Of a DNA stretch of 20,000 bases, positions 1 through 7,939 are shown one piece after another; position 1 is the first letter of the stretch; the number at the start of each line of letters is the position of its first letter. This DNA comes from an uncultured virus (IMG/VR IMGVR_UViG_2643221865_000004). Taxonomy: Duplodnaviria; Heunggongvirae; Uroviricota; Caudoviricetes. The position numbers and the translations under genes are program-made. The stretch lies in the IMG/VR virus record IMGVR_UViG_2643221865_000004; one strand, written 5' to 3'. The notes below the pieces were generated by a model, which saw nothing but the letters and a program-made list of their open reading frames with translations, searched no databases and was not told the origin of the DNA.

Positions 1-2039
1 CGGGCGCCGTTGACGGTGGCGTGGATGTCTGAAGCGTCCATCAGGAGTGCTTCGTTGACCTTCTCGCCGAGCCATGTCTGGGCGTTGACGCCCGTCTCGA
101 TGGCGACCTCGCGGCTGCGGTTGATGCGTGCCGGAGTGGACGGGCGGGACGAGCCGAACGAGAAGAACGGGTCACGCTCGTTGACGATCGGTTCGAAGGC
201 AGCACCCGGGTCGACACGCTGGGTGCGCTGCTCCGGTGCAGGCTGGTACGGGGTCGAGTCGTACGGGAGCTCGGCGACAGGCCGAGGCGCCTGAGGCTGC
301 ACTGGAGCCTGGTACGCCGGTGCGGGCTGGAACTGCTGGGCAGGAGCGGCGGGGGCCGGCTGCTGGAACTGCGGGTAGGCGGGAGCGGGAGCCTGCACGA
401 CGATGACCTGCGGTGCCGGAGCTTCCTCCTTCTTCACCACCTTCTTCTCGCCGAACACGACGTTGGTCGGGCCGAGCCCACCGAACGGGGAGAACGGAGA
501 GTCGGCTGCTGGAGCGGCAGGCTCGGTGACGGCGACGCCCTCCGCCTCAGTGACGGGGTCAGCAGATACTTCGACGGGCTCAGCGATGGGGGCAGCGGCC
601 GGGGTCTCGAACACTGCGGGCGCGTCAACGACAGCCGCAGCGGGCTCCTCGACGACAGGCTCTGCGACGACGGGCGCCTCTTCGGGTGCGAACGTCTGGA
701 ACTCGGGAACCTCGACAGGCGCCGGCAGGTCCTCAGCGTTCAGGTCCGCCCAGCCGAACGGTGAAGCAGTGTCGTCAGCGGCGGGCTCGACAACCTCTGG
801 CACGTCGTCCACCACAGCTTCCGGGGTCGCCTTGGCGTCCACGGCGGGGGTCTTCGACTTCTTCCGCTTCAGCCATCCGCGGCGGGCTCGAGGCTCAGTC
901 GCCTCGTCGATGACGGGCTCAGCATCCGGGGTGGGGACGGTGGTCACCAGATCTTCGAATGACGGGAAAACAGGCACGGGCTGCGCGACTTCCTCAGCAG
1001 CCTCGGGCTCCGTTGCGACGTCGAGCTCGGTCTCAGCGACGGGCTCGATCTCGGGCTCGTCATCGGTGAGGGACTCGACGTCAGCGGCAGGCTCAGGCTG
1101 AGCTTCGGGCTCGGTGGCAGGGGCAACTTCGGGCTCGGCCGCGGCCGCCGGCGCGTCCTCAACCTCAGGCTCGGGTGTGATCTCGGTGTTGGTGGGCTCC
1201 TCGACCTCGGGTGCGTTCAGCTCCGGGTCGGTGGTGGCGGCACCCCAGGTGGGAGGTGTCCACGCCGGTGCAGCCCAATCCGGGGTCGCCCAGGCGGGTG
1301 CCGCTGCCGACTCCTCGGGAACTTTGTCTTCGCTGGCGGGCTCCTGGACGTCGTCGGCTGCGGGCTCGACACTCTCGACCGGAGCGTCGTCGATGACGTC
1401 CTCGTCGGAGGGTCCCTCTGCAGCAGTGGCGGTTGCATCGGCCGTGAGCTGGTCGAACTCGATGACATCGGGCGTCGAGTCATCGGCGAGCTCGACTGCG
1501 CTCTCAGCCTCGGGGGCCGGCTCCGTCTCGTCGACAACGGGGATCTGCTCAGTTTCGGTTTCGATTTCAGTTTCGGTCTCGGCCTCAACTGAAACCTCAG
1601 CAACGACGATCTCCTCAGCCTGATCGGCGGGCACCTCTGCCGGGTCCACCTCGAAGGCAGGGTCGTCCCACAGCTCGACGAGGTCGTGGTCGGTTCCCTC
1701 GTCAGCAATCTCGTCCTCGGCCACGGCGATGTCGTCAGCGACGGTCACCAGTTCGTCCAACGGCCAGAAGGTCGCCTCGAGCCACTCGGAGTCAGCAGGG
1801 ACAACAACGGTCGCGGGTGGTTCAGCGGCGGTCTTCACGCTGACGCCGATCTTCTCGATCAGGTGCGTGAGGTGCGCGTCGGCGCGCACGTCAAGGACGA
1901 CGCTCTCTCCGCGCTTCAGGACGGAGCCTGCGGGAAGGTCGTTGCGGGAAGGCTCGACCCGGTGGCGGGGAGGCACGGGGTTGGTGCGCTTCTTCTTGTC
2001 GTCGCGCTTCACATACGGGTTAGCGTGTCGAGGTGTCAT
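1..2039 (-). CDS. Partial (3' end outside window) protein: long acidic/Pro-rich low-complexity N-terminus followed by the start of a probable GspE/PilB/PilT-family secretion/pilus ATPase domain
   Basis: Manual translation from ATG 2039 (MTPRHANPYVKRDDKKKR...) is open to the window edge (>=679 codons) and is absent from the ORF track because no stop is reached. It ends ...VNAQTWLGEKVNEALLMDASDIHATVNGAP; ASD(I/L)H is the conserved N-domain motif of PilB/GspE/PilT ATPases. Walker motifs are not visible. Confidence 0.7.
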   Translation of the reverse strand, partial: MTPRHANPYVKRDDKKKRTNPVPPRHRVEPSRNDLPAGSVLKRGESVVLDVRADAHLTHLIEKIGVSVKTAAEPPATVVVPADSEWLEATFWPLDELVTVADDIAVAEDEIADEGTDHDLVELWDDPAFEVDPAEVPADQAEEIVVAEVSVEAETETEIETETEQIPVVDETEPAPEAESAVELADDSTPDVIEFDQLTADATATAAEGPSDEDVIDDAPVESVEPAADDVQEPASEDKVPEESAAAPAWATPDWAAPAWTPPTWGAATTDPELNAPEVEEPTNTEITPEPEVEDAPAAAAEPEVAPATEPEAQPEPAADVESLTDDEPEIEPVAETELDVATEPEAAEEVAQPVPVFPSFEDLVTTVPTPDAEPVIDEATEPRARRGWLKRKKSKTPAVDAKATPEAVVDDVPEVVEPAADDTASPFGWADLNAEDLPAPVEVPEFQTFAPEEAPVVAEPVVEEPAAAVVDAPAVFETPAAAPIAEPVEVSADPVTEAEGVAVTEPAAPAADSPFSPFGGLGPTNVVFGEKKVVKKEEAPAPQVIVVQAPAPAYPQFQQPAPAAPAQQFQPAPAYQAPVQPQAPRPVAELPYDSTPYQPAPEQRTQRVDPGAAFEPIVNERDPFFSFGSSRPSTPARINRSREVAIETGVNAQTWLGEKVNEALLMDASDIHATVNGA

Positions 2040-2095
2040 TGGGGGTACCAGCCAAGGGTTCGGTGTCTTGGGCCGCCGGCCGACGGCAACAGGAA

Positions 2096-2105
2096 GGCAT
2101 GTGGC
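2096..2105 (-). promoter_or_regulatory. Class A upstream motif GCCACATGCC
   Basis: Intergenic, sense orientation, CATG core 58 nt before ATG 2039. Confidence 0.6.
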
Positions 2106-2114
2106 GATTCCGGC

Positions 2115-2864
2115 TCATGCTGGTGGTGGCGACAGGAACGCGTCGACGTGGGCGATCGGGATCGTCCGTGACGAGTACCGACCCTGATTTCCGAGGTTGT
2201 ACTCCTCGATGTGGACGGTCTTGTCTGCCAGGTTCACCGATTCGACGTACGCGACATGGTTGGAACCCCACCATGCGACCCAACCGGGTTGGGGGTCGGC
2301 GGATACCGGCCAGTGATGGGCTTCCCAGTTCGCTTTCCACTGGGATGCGTCGCCGCCCTGAGGGGTGAGGTCCGACCAACGCCAACGGAGCTTGTTAGAG
2401 GTGGCTCCGGCGTCCTGGTTCAGTCGCCAGGCGACGAAGTCGACACACTCCCGGTAGTAGTACCCGATCGGTGACAGGCCGCCGCCTTCATCGTCTGTGA
2501 GCGCGTGCGGCCACGGGTAGTCGTCACCGGGCTCCACGCCGAGGGATTTCAGGGCTGCGAGGCGGGCAGCGTGTGCGGAGTCCGCTGCTTCCTGGCGGAC
2601 CTGCAGTCCGGTGAGGGCGGCGTAGGAGTCGCGGGACACCTTGATGGTCGCTGCTTCCGCGGGGACTTCGATGTGCTGGGAGGTGTCGGCCGCCGGGGAT
2701 GGTGACCGCTGGTAGTCGTAGCCGGCCGGAGATGCGTTCGCGTAAGCAGGCAGTACGAGCGTGGCGATGAGCAATGTCGATGCGGACACAGCTGTGGTCT
2801 TCTTCAGGTTGATCCGAGGTATCCGCAGCTGAGTGATGCGCCTGTGGATGGTCCCGGTGAGCAT
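2115..2864 (-). CDS. Secreted CHAP-domain peptidoglycan hydrolase
   Basis: Signal-like segment KKTTAVSASTLLIATLVLPAYANA; CHAP motifs YYRECVDFVAWRL (Cys), GDASQW, GSNHVAYVESV (His), IEEYN. Start uncertain (2864 or 2939). Confidence 0.85.
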   Translation of the reverse strand: MLTGTIHRRITQLRIPRINLKKTTAVSASTLLIATLVLPAYANASPAGYDYQRSPSPAADTSQHIEVPAEAATIKVSRDSYAALTGLQVRQEAADSAHAARLAALKSLGVEPGDDYPWPHALTDDEGGGLSPIGYYYRECVDFVAWRLNQDAGATSNKLRWRWSDLTPQGGDASQWKANWEAHHWPVSADPQPGWVAWWGSNHVAYVESVNLADKTVHIEEYNLGNQGRYSSRTIPIAHVDAFLSPPPA

Positions 2865-2922
2865 GCTGGCGCACGCTGCCGCCTCTATGCGGAGGTTCCG
2901 CAGGGACGGCAGACGCGCATGT

Positions 2923-2971
2923 CGGGGTCGGTCGGCCATTTCGCCTTCAAGGCATGTGGCGACCGACCCCG
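2923..2971. repeat. 12-bp perfect inverted repeat CGGGGTCGGTCG / CGACCGACCCCG enclosing a class A motif
   Basis: 2923-2934 is the exact reverse complement of 2960-2971. Confidence 0.75.
2951..2960 (-). promoter_or_regulatory. Class A upstream motif GCCACATGCC
   Basis: Intergenic between dut stop and the CHAP gene, sense orientation. Confidence 0.6.
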
Positions 2972-2981
2972 GTTTGGGCGG

Positions 2982-3458
2982 CTAGAGGCTGGCTGTCTTC
3001 CCGGAGACGATGACTTCGTTCGTGCCGGTGGATCCTCCACCGCCGACGCCGCGGACGGAGTCGCTGAGCTCGCCGTCGACCTCAGTGAAGTCCGGGGTGA
3101 GGTAGTGCTGGTACATCATCTGCGCGACCCGGTCTCCGGGGGTGACGACGAACACGGTGTCACCGAAGTTGTGGAGGATGACCATGATCTCGCCGCGGTA
3201 GCCGGAGTCGATGACACCGGGGGCGTTCAGGACGGCGACGGAGTGCTTCAGCGCGAGACCGGACCGCGAGCAGACCAGGCCGACGGTGTCGGAGGGGATC
3301 TCCTGCGCGAAGCCGGTCTTCACGAGGGCGTGCTCGCCAGGCTCGATGAAGTAGTGCCCGGTGGAGCGAAGGTCGAATCCGGCGTCGCCAGGGGTGGCTG
3401 CGGTGGGGAGGACAGCGTCGGGGTGGAGTCGCTTGAACTGGACGGGGATGGTGGACAT
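2982..3458 (-). CDS. dut: Trimeric dUTP diphosphatase
   Basis: Motifs AGFDL, SRSGL, GVIDSGYRGEI, GDRVAQ, RGVGGGGSTG; start MSTIPVQF at 3458 after AGAAAG. Confidence 0.95.
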   Translation of the reverse strand: MSTIPVQFKRLHPDAVLPTAATPGDAGFDLRSTGHYFIEPGEHALVKTGFAQEIPSDTVGLVCSRSGLALKHSVAVLNAPGVIDSGYRGEIMVILHNFGDTVFVVTPGDRVAQMMYQHYLTPDFTEVDGELSDSVRGVGGGGSTGTNEVIVSGKTASL

Positions 3459-3512
3459 CGGGTGGGCTTTCTGGTTGTGGGTGGTCGGTTCGCCGGTGGG
3501 CGCTGACACCGT

Positions 3513-3521
3513 CATGTGCGG
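3513..3521 (-). promoter_or_regulatory. Class B upstream motif CCGCACATG
   Basis: Intergenic, 54 nt before dut ATG. Confidence 0.6.
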
Positions 3522-3526
3522 ACGGG

Positions 3527-4018
3527 TCAGAAATCGATCGGGCGGGTGCCGCCGATCAGGCAGGTGTCCCAGTGGGTTTCCGGCATGGTGGTGGAGGTGA
3601 AGGTCCCGTGTCCGACATCACCGATGAGGCAGGTGTTCCCGTACCGGACTGAGAACTGGACGGTCTCCTGCATGGTTCCGGCTGTCCCGTTGTGGTCGGT
3701 GACTTCCATGACGTCGTCGGGGACGCCTGCCGCACGGAACGCTTGGATGTACGCGGCGCCGTCCATCGCGCCTGTGCCTGCGACTGTTCCTGCGACCCGG
3801 TCGAAGAACCGTTCGGCTTGCGCCACCGAGGCTTCCGGGTCGTATGGTTCCGGGACGGCGATGTGGCCTGGGTTCACCGCTGCAGCGGTCGGGGTCGGTT
3901 TGGGGGCCGGCGGTTCCGGTGGTTCCGGCATCAGCACGGTGTAGCTGAGCACGGCGGTGGCGATGAACAGGACGGTGACGACGGCGGACAGGATCAGCCT
4001 CTTGGTGGCTCGGCTCAT
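3527..4018 (-). CDS. Membrane-anchored protein with Pro-rich linker and small two-Cys domain (DUF6993-like)
   Basis: MSRATKRLILSAVVTVLF TM; PEPPEPPAPKPTPT; C-terminal VQFSVRYGNTCLIGDV...TCLIGGTRPIDF; ATGA overlap with the sortase stop. Family name is from recall. Confidence 0.75.
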   Translation of the reverse strand: MSRATKRLILSAVVTVLFIATAVLSYTVLMPEPPEPPAPKPTPTAAAVNPGHIAVPEPYDPEASVAQAERFFDRVAGTVAGTGAMDGAAYIQAFRAAGVPDDVMEVTDHNGTAGTMQETVQFSVRYGNTCLIGDVGHGTFTSTTMPETHWDTCLIGGTRPIDF

Positions 4019-4788
4019 CGGATCGTCTCCACCCACTGGTCGAGGAGCGGTTGCACGTCGGCGGGAGCTCCGCCGGCGCGGGGGTAGAACTTCTCCAACG
4101 TGGTGTACGCGATCAGACGTTCGCTCCAGGCGGTGAACTTCGGGTTGCAGGAGATGAGGGTGAGGAGGTGATCGAAGCCGAGGTTGTCGGAGTCTGGCCA
4201 GTCCTTCAGCACCGACACCTGGGTCCGGTCCACAAGGTCTGAGTTCCGGAACCGGTACTCGTACCAACCGTCGGTTGTCTCGACGTAGACGGGGTCTCCG
4301 ACGCGAAGCTCGGCGAGGTTGAAGAACGGGGACCCGTACGCGGATCGGTGCGCTGTGATGATGCTGTTGCCGGCTCCACCCAGCGGTGCGCTGCCGATGT
4401 AGTGACCGGCGACGCCACGGTCGAGGATGTCGTGCTTGTCGGTGCCTTCGACGATCGCGAGCTTGAAGTCCGTTCCGAGCCTCGGGGCGTAGAGCACACC
4501 GATTGTCGTGCCTTGCTCCCACGCGAGGATGTCCTGTCCGGGGAGACGGTATTCCTGGTCGTACAGTTTCGAGGCAGCCTGCGACCCGGCGGGGACCGGG
4601 TGCCGCTCGAAGTCGGAAGCCCACGTCTCCGCGGTGGTGCTCGCTTGAACGGCGACGACTTCAGCGGTGGCTTCGTCGGTGGCGACGAGTTTCCAGCCGA
4701 GGAACAGCAGGATGATGACCAGGCCGGTGATCAGCAGCTCCAAGCAGACCGCGAAGGGGTCAGCCCGGTGCTGGACGGCGGATGTCAT
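4015..4788 (-). CDS. Class E sortase
   Basis: N-terminal TM; GNSIITAHRSAYGSPF (His), LLTLISCNP (Cys), ERLI (Arg). Confidence 0.9.
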   Translation of the reverse strand: MTSAVQHRADPFAVCLELLITGLVIILLFLGWKLVATDEATAEVVAVQASTTAETWASDFERHPVPAGSQAASKLYDQEYRLPGQDILAWEQGTTIGVLYAPRLGTDFKLAIVEGTDKHDILDRGVAGHYIGSAPLGGAGNSIITAHRSAYGSPFFNLAELRVGDPVYVETTDGWYEYRFRNSDLVDRTQVSVLKDWPDSDNLGFDHLLTLISCNPKFTAWSERLIAYTTLEKFYPRAGGAPADVQPLLDQWVETIR

Positions 4789-5300
4789 CGTCGTGCCAGG
4801 TCGACGTGATGTGCGAAACGGTTGCGGGCCCGGTCACGGACCGCCGCGATCTCCTTCGCAGACAGGCCGTACAGGACGATCAACCCCGCCACGAAAGCAG
4901 CCATAGTGAGCGGGATGGCGTACTGCTTGCCGATGAAGATGAGCGCGGCGCAGCAGACGGCGCTGACGATCAGGTAGGACGACATTCGGCGCCAGAACTG
5001 CTTCCTGAACAGCGGCGATCGACCCTCCTCAGCGATGAGCCGGTCTTCCTCCCGCAGCCACAGTTCCACGTCGTCCTCGGATGCGAAGGTGATGGGCTCA
5101 TCGTCGTAGAACACGGCGGATCGACGGTCGGCACCTGTGATGGTCCCGTGGACGGTGGCCGAGGCGCCGGTCTCTGAGCTGGCCTCCAGGTCAGCGGATT
5201 CGATGAGCATCATCACCTCTCCGCTGCCGTCGGGGATCAGCACCCAGCGGTCCTTGAGGGCGTCCTCGGTGGCAGTCCACGCGGTCAGTTTTCCGGTCAT
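4785..5300 (-). CDS. Hypothetical membrane protein (two C-terminal TM helices)
   Basis: MTGKLTAW... with ATGA overlaps at both ends; hydrophobic YLIVSAVCCAALIFIG and IPLTMAAFVAGLIVLYGL. Confidence 0.75.
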   Translation of the reverse strand: MTGKLTAWTATEDALKDRWVLIPDGSGEVMMLIESADLEASSETGASATVHGTITGADRRSAVFYDDEPITFASEDDVELWLREEDRLIAEEGRSPLFRKQFWRRMSSYLIVSAVCCAALIFIGKQYAIPLTMAAFVAGLIVLYGLSAKEIAAVRDRARNRFAHHVDLARR

Positions 5301-6442
5301 GCGGCGATCACCGAGCGGACGGAGTCGATCAGGTCGAACGCTTCCGGCCACGCGAACATCCGGGGGCCGGTGACGAACTTGTTGTAGGACTGGTCGTACA
5401 CGATCCGCTCCCAGGTGGGTGCGAGGAGCCCGTCGATGACAGGCTTGTCGTCGAAGAGGATGTCGCCCTTGATGAGGGTCTTGTCCTGGGTGAGGACGAC
5501 CCTCTTCACCATGTCCTTGCCAAAGTGCTCGCCGATCGCCCACAGCTTGTCGGACGCGCACGACTCGTTGTAGAGCGCCGGCGTGGAGCAGAACAGCACG
5601 TTGACACCTGCGTCGACGAGGGCGCGGATCACTTCGACGGCTCCCGGGAACACGTCGAGCTCGCGGAACAGGCCGGGCCATGCCATCGCCTCGCGGAGAG
5701 CGGCGGCTTCGTCGGCTGGGGTGTTGGGGAAGAAGTCCCATTCGTCGCGGGTGCCGGCGTCGGCGATCTTCACGTTCGGGTGGTTGATCCGGGCACGGCG
5801 AACGATTCCGCCTTCCCAGTCGAAGATGACACCGTCCATGTCGAACAGGACTGTGAACGGGTCGGTGCTGTAGTCGCGGCCGGAGGCGACATGCCCGGCG
5901 ATGATGTCGAACAGCTGATCCCAGCTGGTCATCCGGCGGCCGGGGGTGTTCCGGTTGTACGGCTGGTCGAACACCACCTGCTCCCACTCGGGGATCATGC
6001 TGCCTGTGATCTCCGGCTTGTCGTCCAGCAGGATGTCGCCGCGGACGACGGTCTTGTCGAACGTGAGGATGGTGTTGGCTGCGACCTTGTCGCCGAAGTT
6101 GGCTGCGTTCCACACGAGTTTGTCGCTGGCGCAGCTGGGGTTGTCGGCTGACGGTGTGGTGCAGACGAAGTGGTTGATCCCCCGGTCGTGAAGCTTCCGG
6201 AACGCCTTCTGGGCGCCGGGGGTGACGGGGAGGTTCCCGTAGAAGCCGGCGGTGTTCATCGTGGCTCGGAAGGCGTCCCGCTCTTCCGCCGGGAGTGTGA
6301 GGTGGAAGTCCCACTGGTCTCGGGTTCCGGCGTCGGCGAACGTCAGGTGCGGGTAGGCGGCACGGACGTCACGGATGAGCCCTCCCTCCCAGTCGGCCAT
6401 GGGGGCGTCCTGGTCGGAGAGCACGATGAAAGGTGTGGTCAT
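5297..6442 (-). CDS. Tandem two-domain 5'(3')-deoxyribonucleotidase (NT5C-type HAD)
   Basis: Two homologous halves: SDQDAPMADWEGG..CTTP..CASDKLVW..GDILLDDKP..FDQPYN and FDMDGVIFDWEGG..CSTP..CASDKLWA..GDILFDDKP..YDQSYN. Confidence 0.9.
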   Translation of the reverse strand: MTTPFIVLSDQDAPMADWEGGLIRDVRAAYPHLTFADAGTRDQWDFHLTLPAEERDAFRATMNTAGFYGNLPVTPGAQKAFRKLHDRGINHFVCTTPSADNPSCASDKLVWNAANFGDKVAANTILTFDKTVVRGDILLDDKPEITGSMIPEWEQVVFDQPYNRNTPGRRMTSWDQLFDIIAGHVASGRDYSTDPFTVLFDMDGVIFDWEGGIVRRARINHPNVKIADAGTRDEWDFFPNTPADEAAALREAMAWPGLFRELDVFPGAVEVIRALVDAGVNVLFCSTPALYNESCASDKLWAIGEHFGKDMVKRVVLTQDKTLIKGDILFDDKPVIDGLLAPTWERIVYDQSYNKFVTGPRMFAWPEAFDLIDSVRSVIAA

Positions 6443-6450
6443 ATCCCCCA

Positions 6451-6459
6451 CATGTGCGG
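6451..6459 (-). promoter_or_regulatory. Class B upstream motif CCGCACATG
   Basis: Exactly 8 nt before ATG 6442. Confidence 0.65.
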
Positions 6460-6486
6460 ATGTTGCCGGGTTTGCTGCATCCAGGC

Positions 6487-6894
6487 TCAGTTGCCTGCCG
6501 CCGTCGCATCTTGCATGGCTGCGTCGAGCACCGTCGCGGTGTCGCACCAGTCGGTGCTGCCGTCGTCAGCATGGACCAGTGGCGGTGCTGCGGCCGGCAC
6601 GTCCGGCAGGGCATCTCCGGCGTTGGCGGCATGGAAGTCCTTGACGGCAGCGTTGAATGCTGCGGCGGCCAGCGGCCATTCCGTGTCAGCTTCGGTCGCA
6701 TCCCCTGTCAGCTGCATCGTGCAGCCGTTGGACGCGATGGTGAGCAGCTGTGTCCAGGAGGACATCACTTTCGCGGAACCCAGCACCTTCACCTGCTGCA
6801 CCCCGGTGACGCCTTCAGCGGCATCCGTCAGGCCGGAGCATCCGGACAGGGTGATGACGGCGATGGCGGCTGCGGCGAGCAGGGCCTTCTTCAT
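6487..6894 (-). CDS. Lipoprotein, unknown function
   Basis: MKKALLAAAAIAVITLSGC lipobox; ATGA overlap with the upstream gene. Confidence 0.8.
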   Translation of the reverse strand: MKKALLAAAAIAVITLSGCSGLTDAAEGVTGVQQVKVLGSAKVMSSWTQLLTIASNGCTMQLTGDATEADTEWPLAAAAFNAAVKDFHAANAGDALPDVPAAAPPLVHADDGSTDWCDTATVLDAAMQDATAAGN

Positions 6895-7226
6895 GCGGCG
6901 GCGCCGTAGGAGTCATGGGCAGCGTTCAGCAGGTCGAGCTGTGCCCGGTGGACACCGTGGCCGACGAGAGGTTCGGTGAGAGTCGCCAGTGCGGGACCGT
7001 ACAGTCCTGGGCGCCCGGAGAGCTTGCCGAGGAACTCAGAGGTTTCCGGGTCGGCATCGACGGCCGCTTCCGCGGCTTTCCGGTACCAGTAGCGGAAGTC
7101 GATGATGCTCTCAGCACAGTCTGCGATGGCTTCCCGGTCGGTTTCGGGGATGCTCTCCAACCATTCCAGGACCTGCTCTGCTGCGCGGTGGTTGAGGACG
7201 GTCTGTGGTTCGGCGATGACGCTCAT
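6891..7226 (-). CDS. Hypothetical protein
   Basis: MSVIAEPQ...; helical composition; coupled to the lipoprotein gene; ATG 10 nt after a class A core. Confidence 0.7.
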   Translation of the reverse strand: MSVIAEPQTVLNHRAAEQVLEWLESIPETDREAIADCAESIIDFRYWYRKAAEAAVDADPETSEFLGKLSGRPGLYGPALATLTEPLVGHGVHRAQLDLLNAAHDSYGAAA

Positions 7227-7234
7227 GTGTTCAG

Positions 7235-7262
7235 GCCATGTGGCGATGGTCCGCCACATGGC
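7235..7262. promoter_or_regulatory. Back-to-back divergent pair of class A motifs (GCCACATGGC on each strand)
   Basis: Minus copy 7235-7244 and plus copy 7253-7262; each CATG core is exactly 10 nt from a start codon (ATG 7226 minus, GTG 7271 plus). Confidence 0.75.
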
Positions 7263-7270
7263 TTTCCGTT

Positions 7271-7930
7271 GTGAGTCACCCCGACATCGAGCAATGGGCG
7301 CGGCTGGAACGGAAGTACCAGGCGCGCGACTACGCCGGAGAACCTGACAGGTCATCCGGGTATTTGGTGAACCGCGGATCCGAGATCCTGCTGGTCGCAC
7401 CGCATTCAGTGAACTCGATCCGCCACGGCGTTGAACGGCCAGCTGATGCCGGCACTGGCGGGCTTGCTGAACTTCTGGGCGCGAAGACGGATGTGAGCGT
7501 CCTGACGTTCGCCCGCACAGCCCCGTCCTGGGAGACGTGGAACACCCGTGAGGACGACTTCACCCGCATCCTCCGCGACCAGCTGGGCGGGGTTCGTCTG
7601 GTGGTTGTGCTGCAGGGTATGGCGGACAGGCACGGCGTTGACATCTGCGTCGGGCTCGGCCCGGACCCGTCAGAGTTGACAGATCACGCGTCGAAGGTTC
7701 TGCTGCGAGCTTTCAACGGGTACGAAGCGTCGGAGAACTTCCCTTTCACCGGGGAGCCTGAGTACACCGTCACGTCGTTCACCCAGAAGACCGGACCGGC
7801 GACTGCTGTGCAGGTGGATGTCGCGGCTGTCCACCGGGACTTCGCCGCCAGCGCCAAGTCTGGGGTTCGAGCTGTCGCTCGTTTCACTAGCGCTCTCACA
7901 TCACTGCAGCATCACCTCGGCTCGGACTGA
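7271..7930 (+). CDS. Putative N-formylglutamate amidohydrolase-like (Zn-exopeptidase fold) protein, possibly degenerate
   Basis: ILLVAPHS...ADAGTGGLAELL...LVVVLQG..DICVGLG...ENFPFTG...AVQVDV; the segment where DxH is expected reads VLQ. Confidence 0.55.
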   Translation: MSHPDIEQWARLERKYQARDYAGEPDRSSGYLVNRGSEILLVAPHSVNSIRHGVERPADAGTGGLAELLGAKTDVSVLTFARTAPSWETWNTREDDFTRILRDQLGGVRLVVVLQGMADRHGVDICVGLGPDPSELTDHASKVLLRAFNGYEASENFPFTGEPEYTVTSFTQKTGPATAVQVDVAAVHRDFAASAKSGVRAVARFTSALTSLQHHLGSD

Positions 7931-7939
7931 CGCCACCCG

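Noticed and set aside
1549..1596. Hexamer-like tandem repeat (AGTTTC/GGTTTC)
   Set aside because: Simply encodes ETETEIETET in the acidic tail; not a CRISPR or iteron array.
10..2187. Plus-strand Ser/Gly/Ala-rich ORFs (10, 403, 1114, 1729)
   Set aside because: All share one frame and are antisense shadows of the minus-strand ORF 2039..<1.
2864..2971. c-di-AMP (ydaO) riboswitch upstream of CHAP
   Set aside because: Plausible context, but the conserved riboswitch sequence elements are not recognisable.
4785..6314. 509-aa ORF, and the similar long Arg-rich N-terminal extensions of ORFs 3527..4624, 11565..12473 and 12085..13083
   Set aside because: The extensions are off-frame overlaps with real upstream genes; true starts are 5300, 4018, 12062 and 12693.
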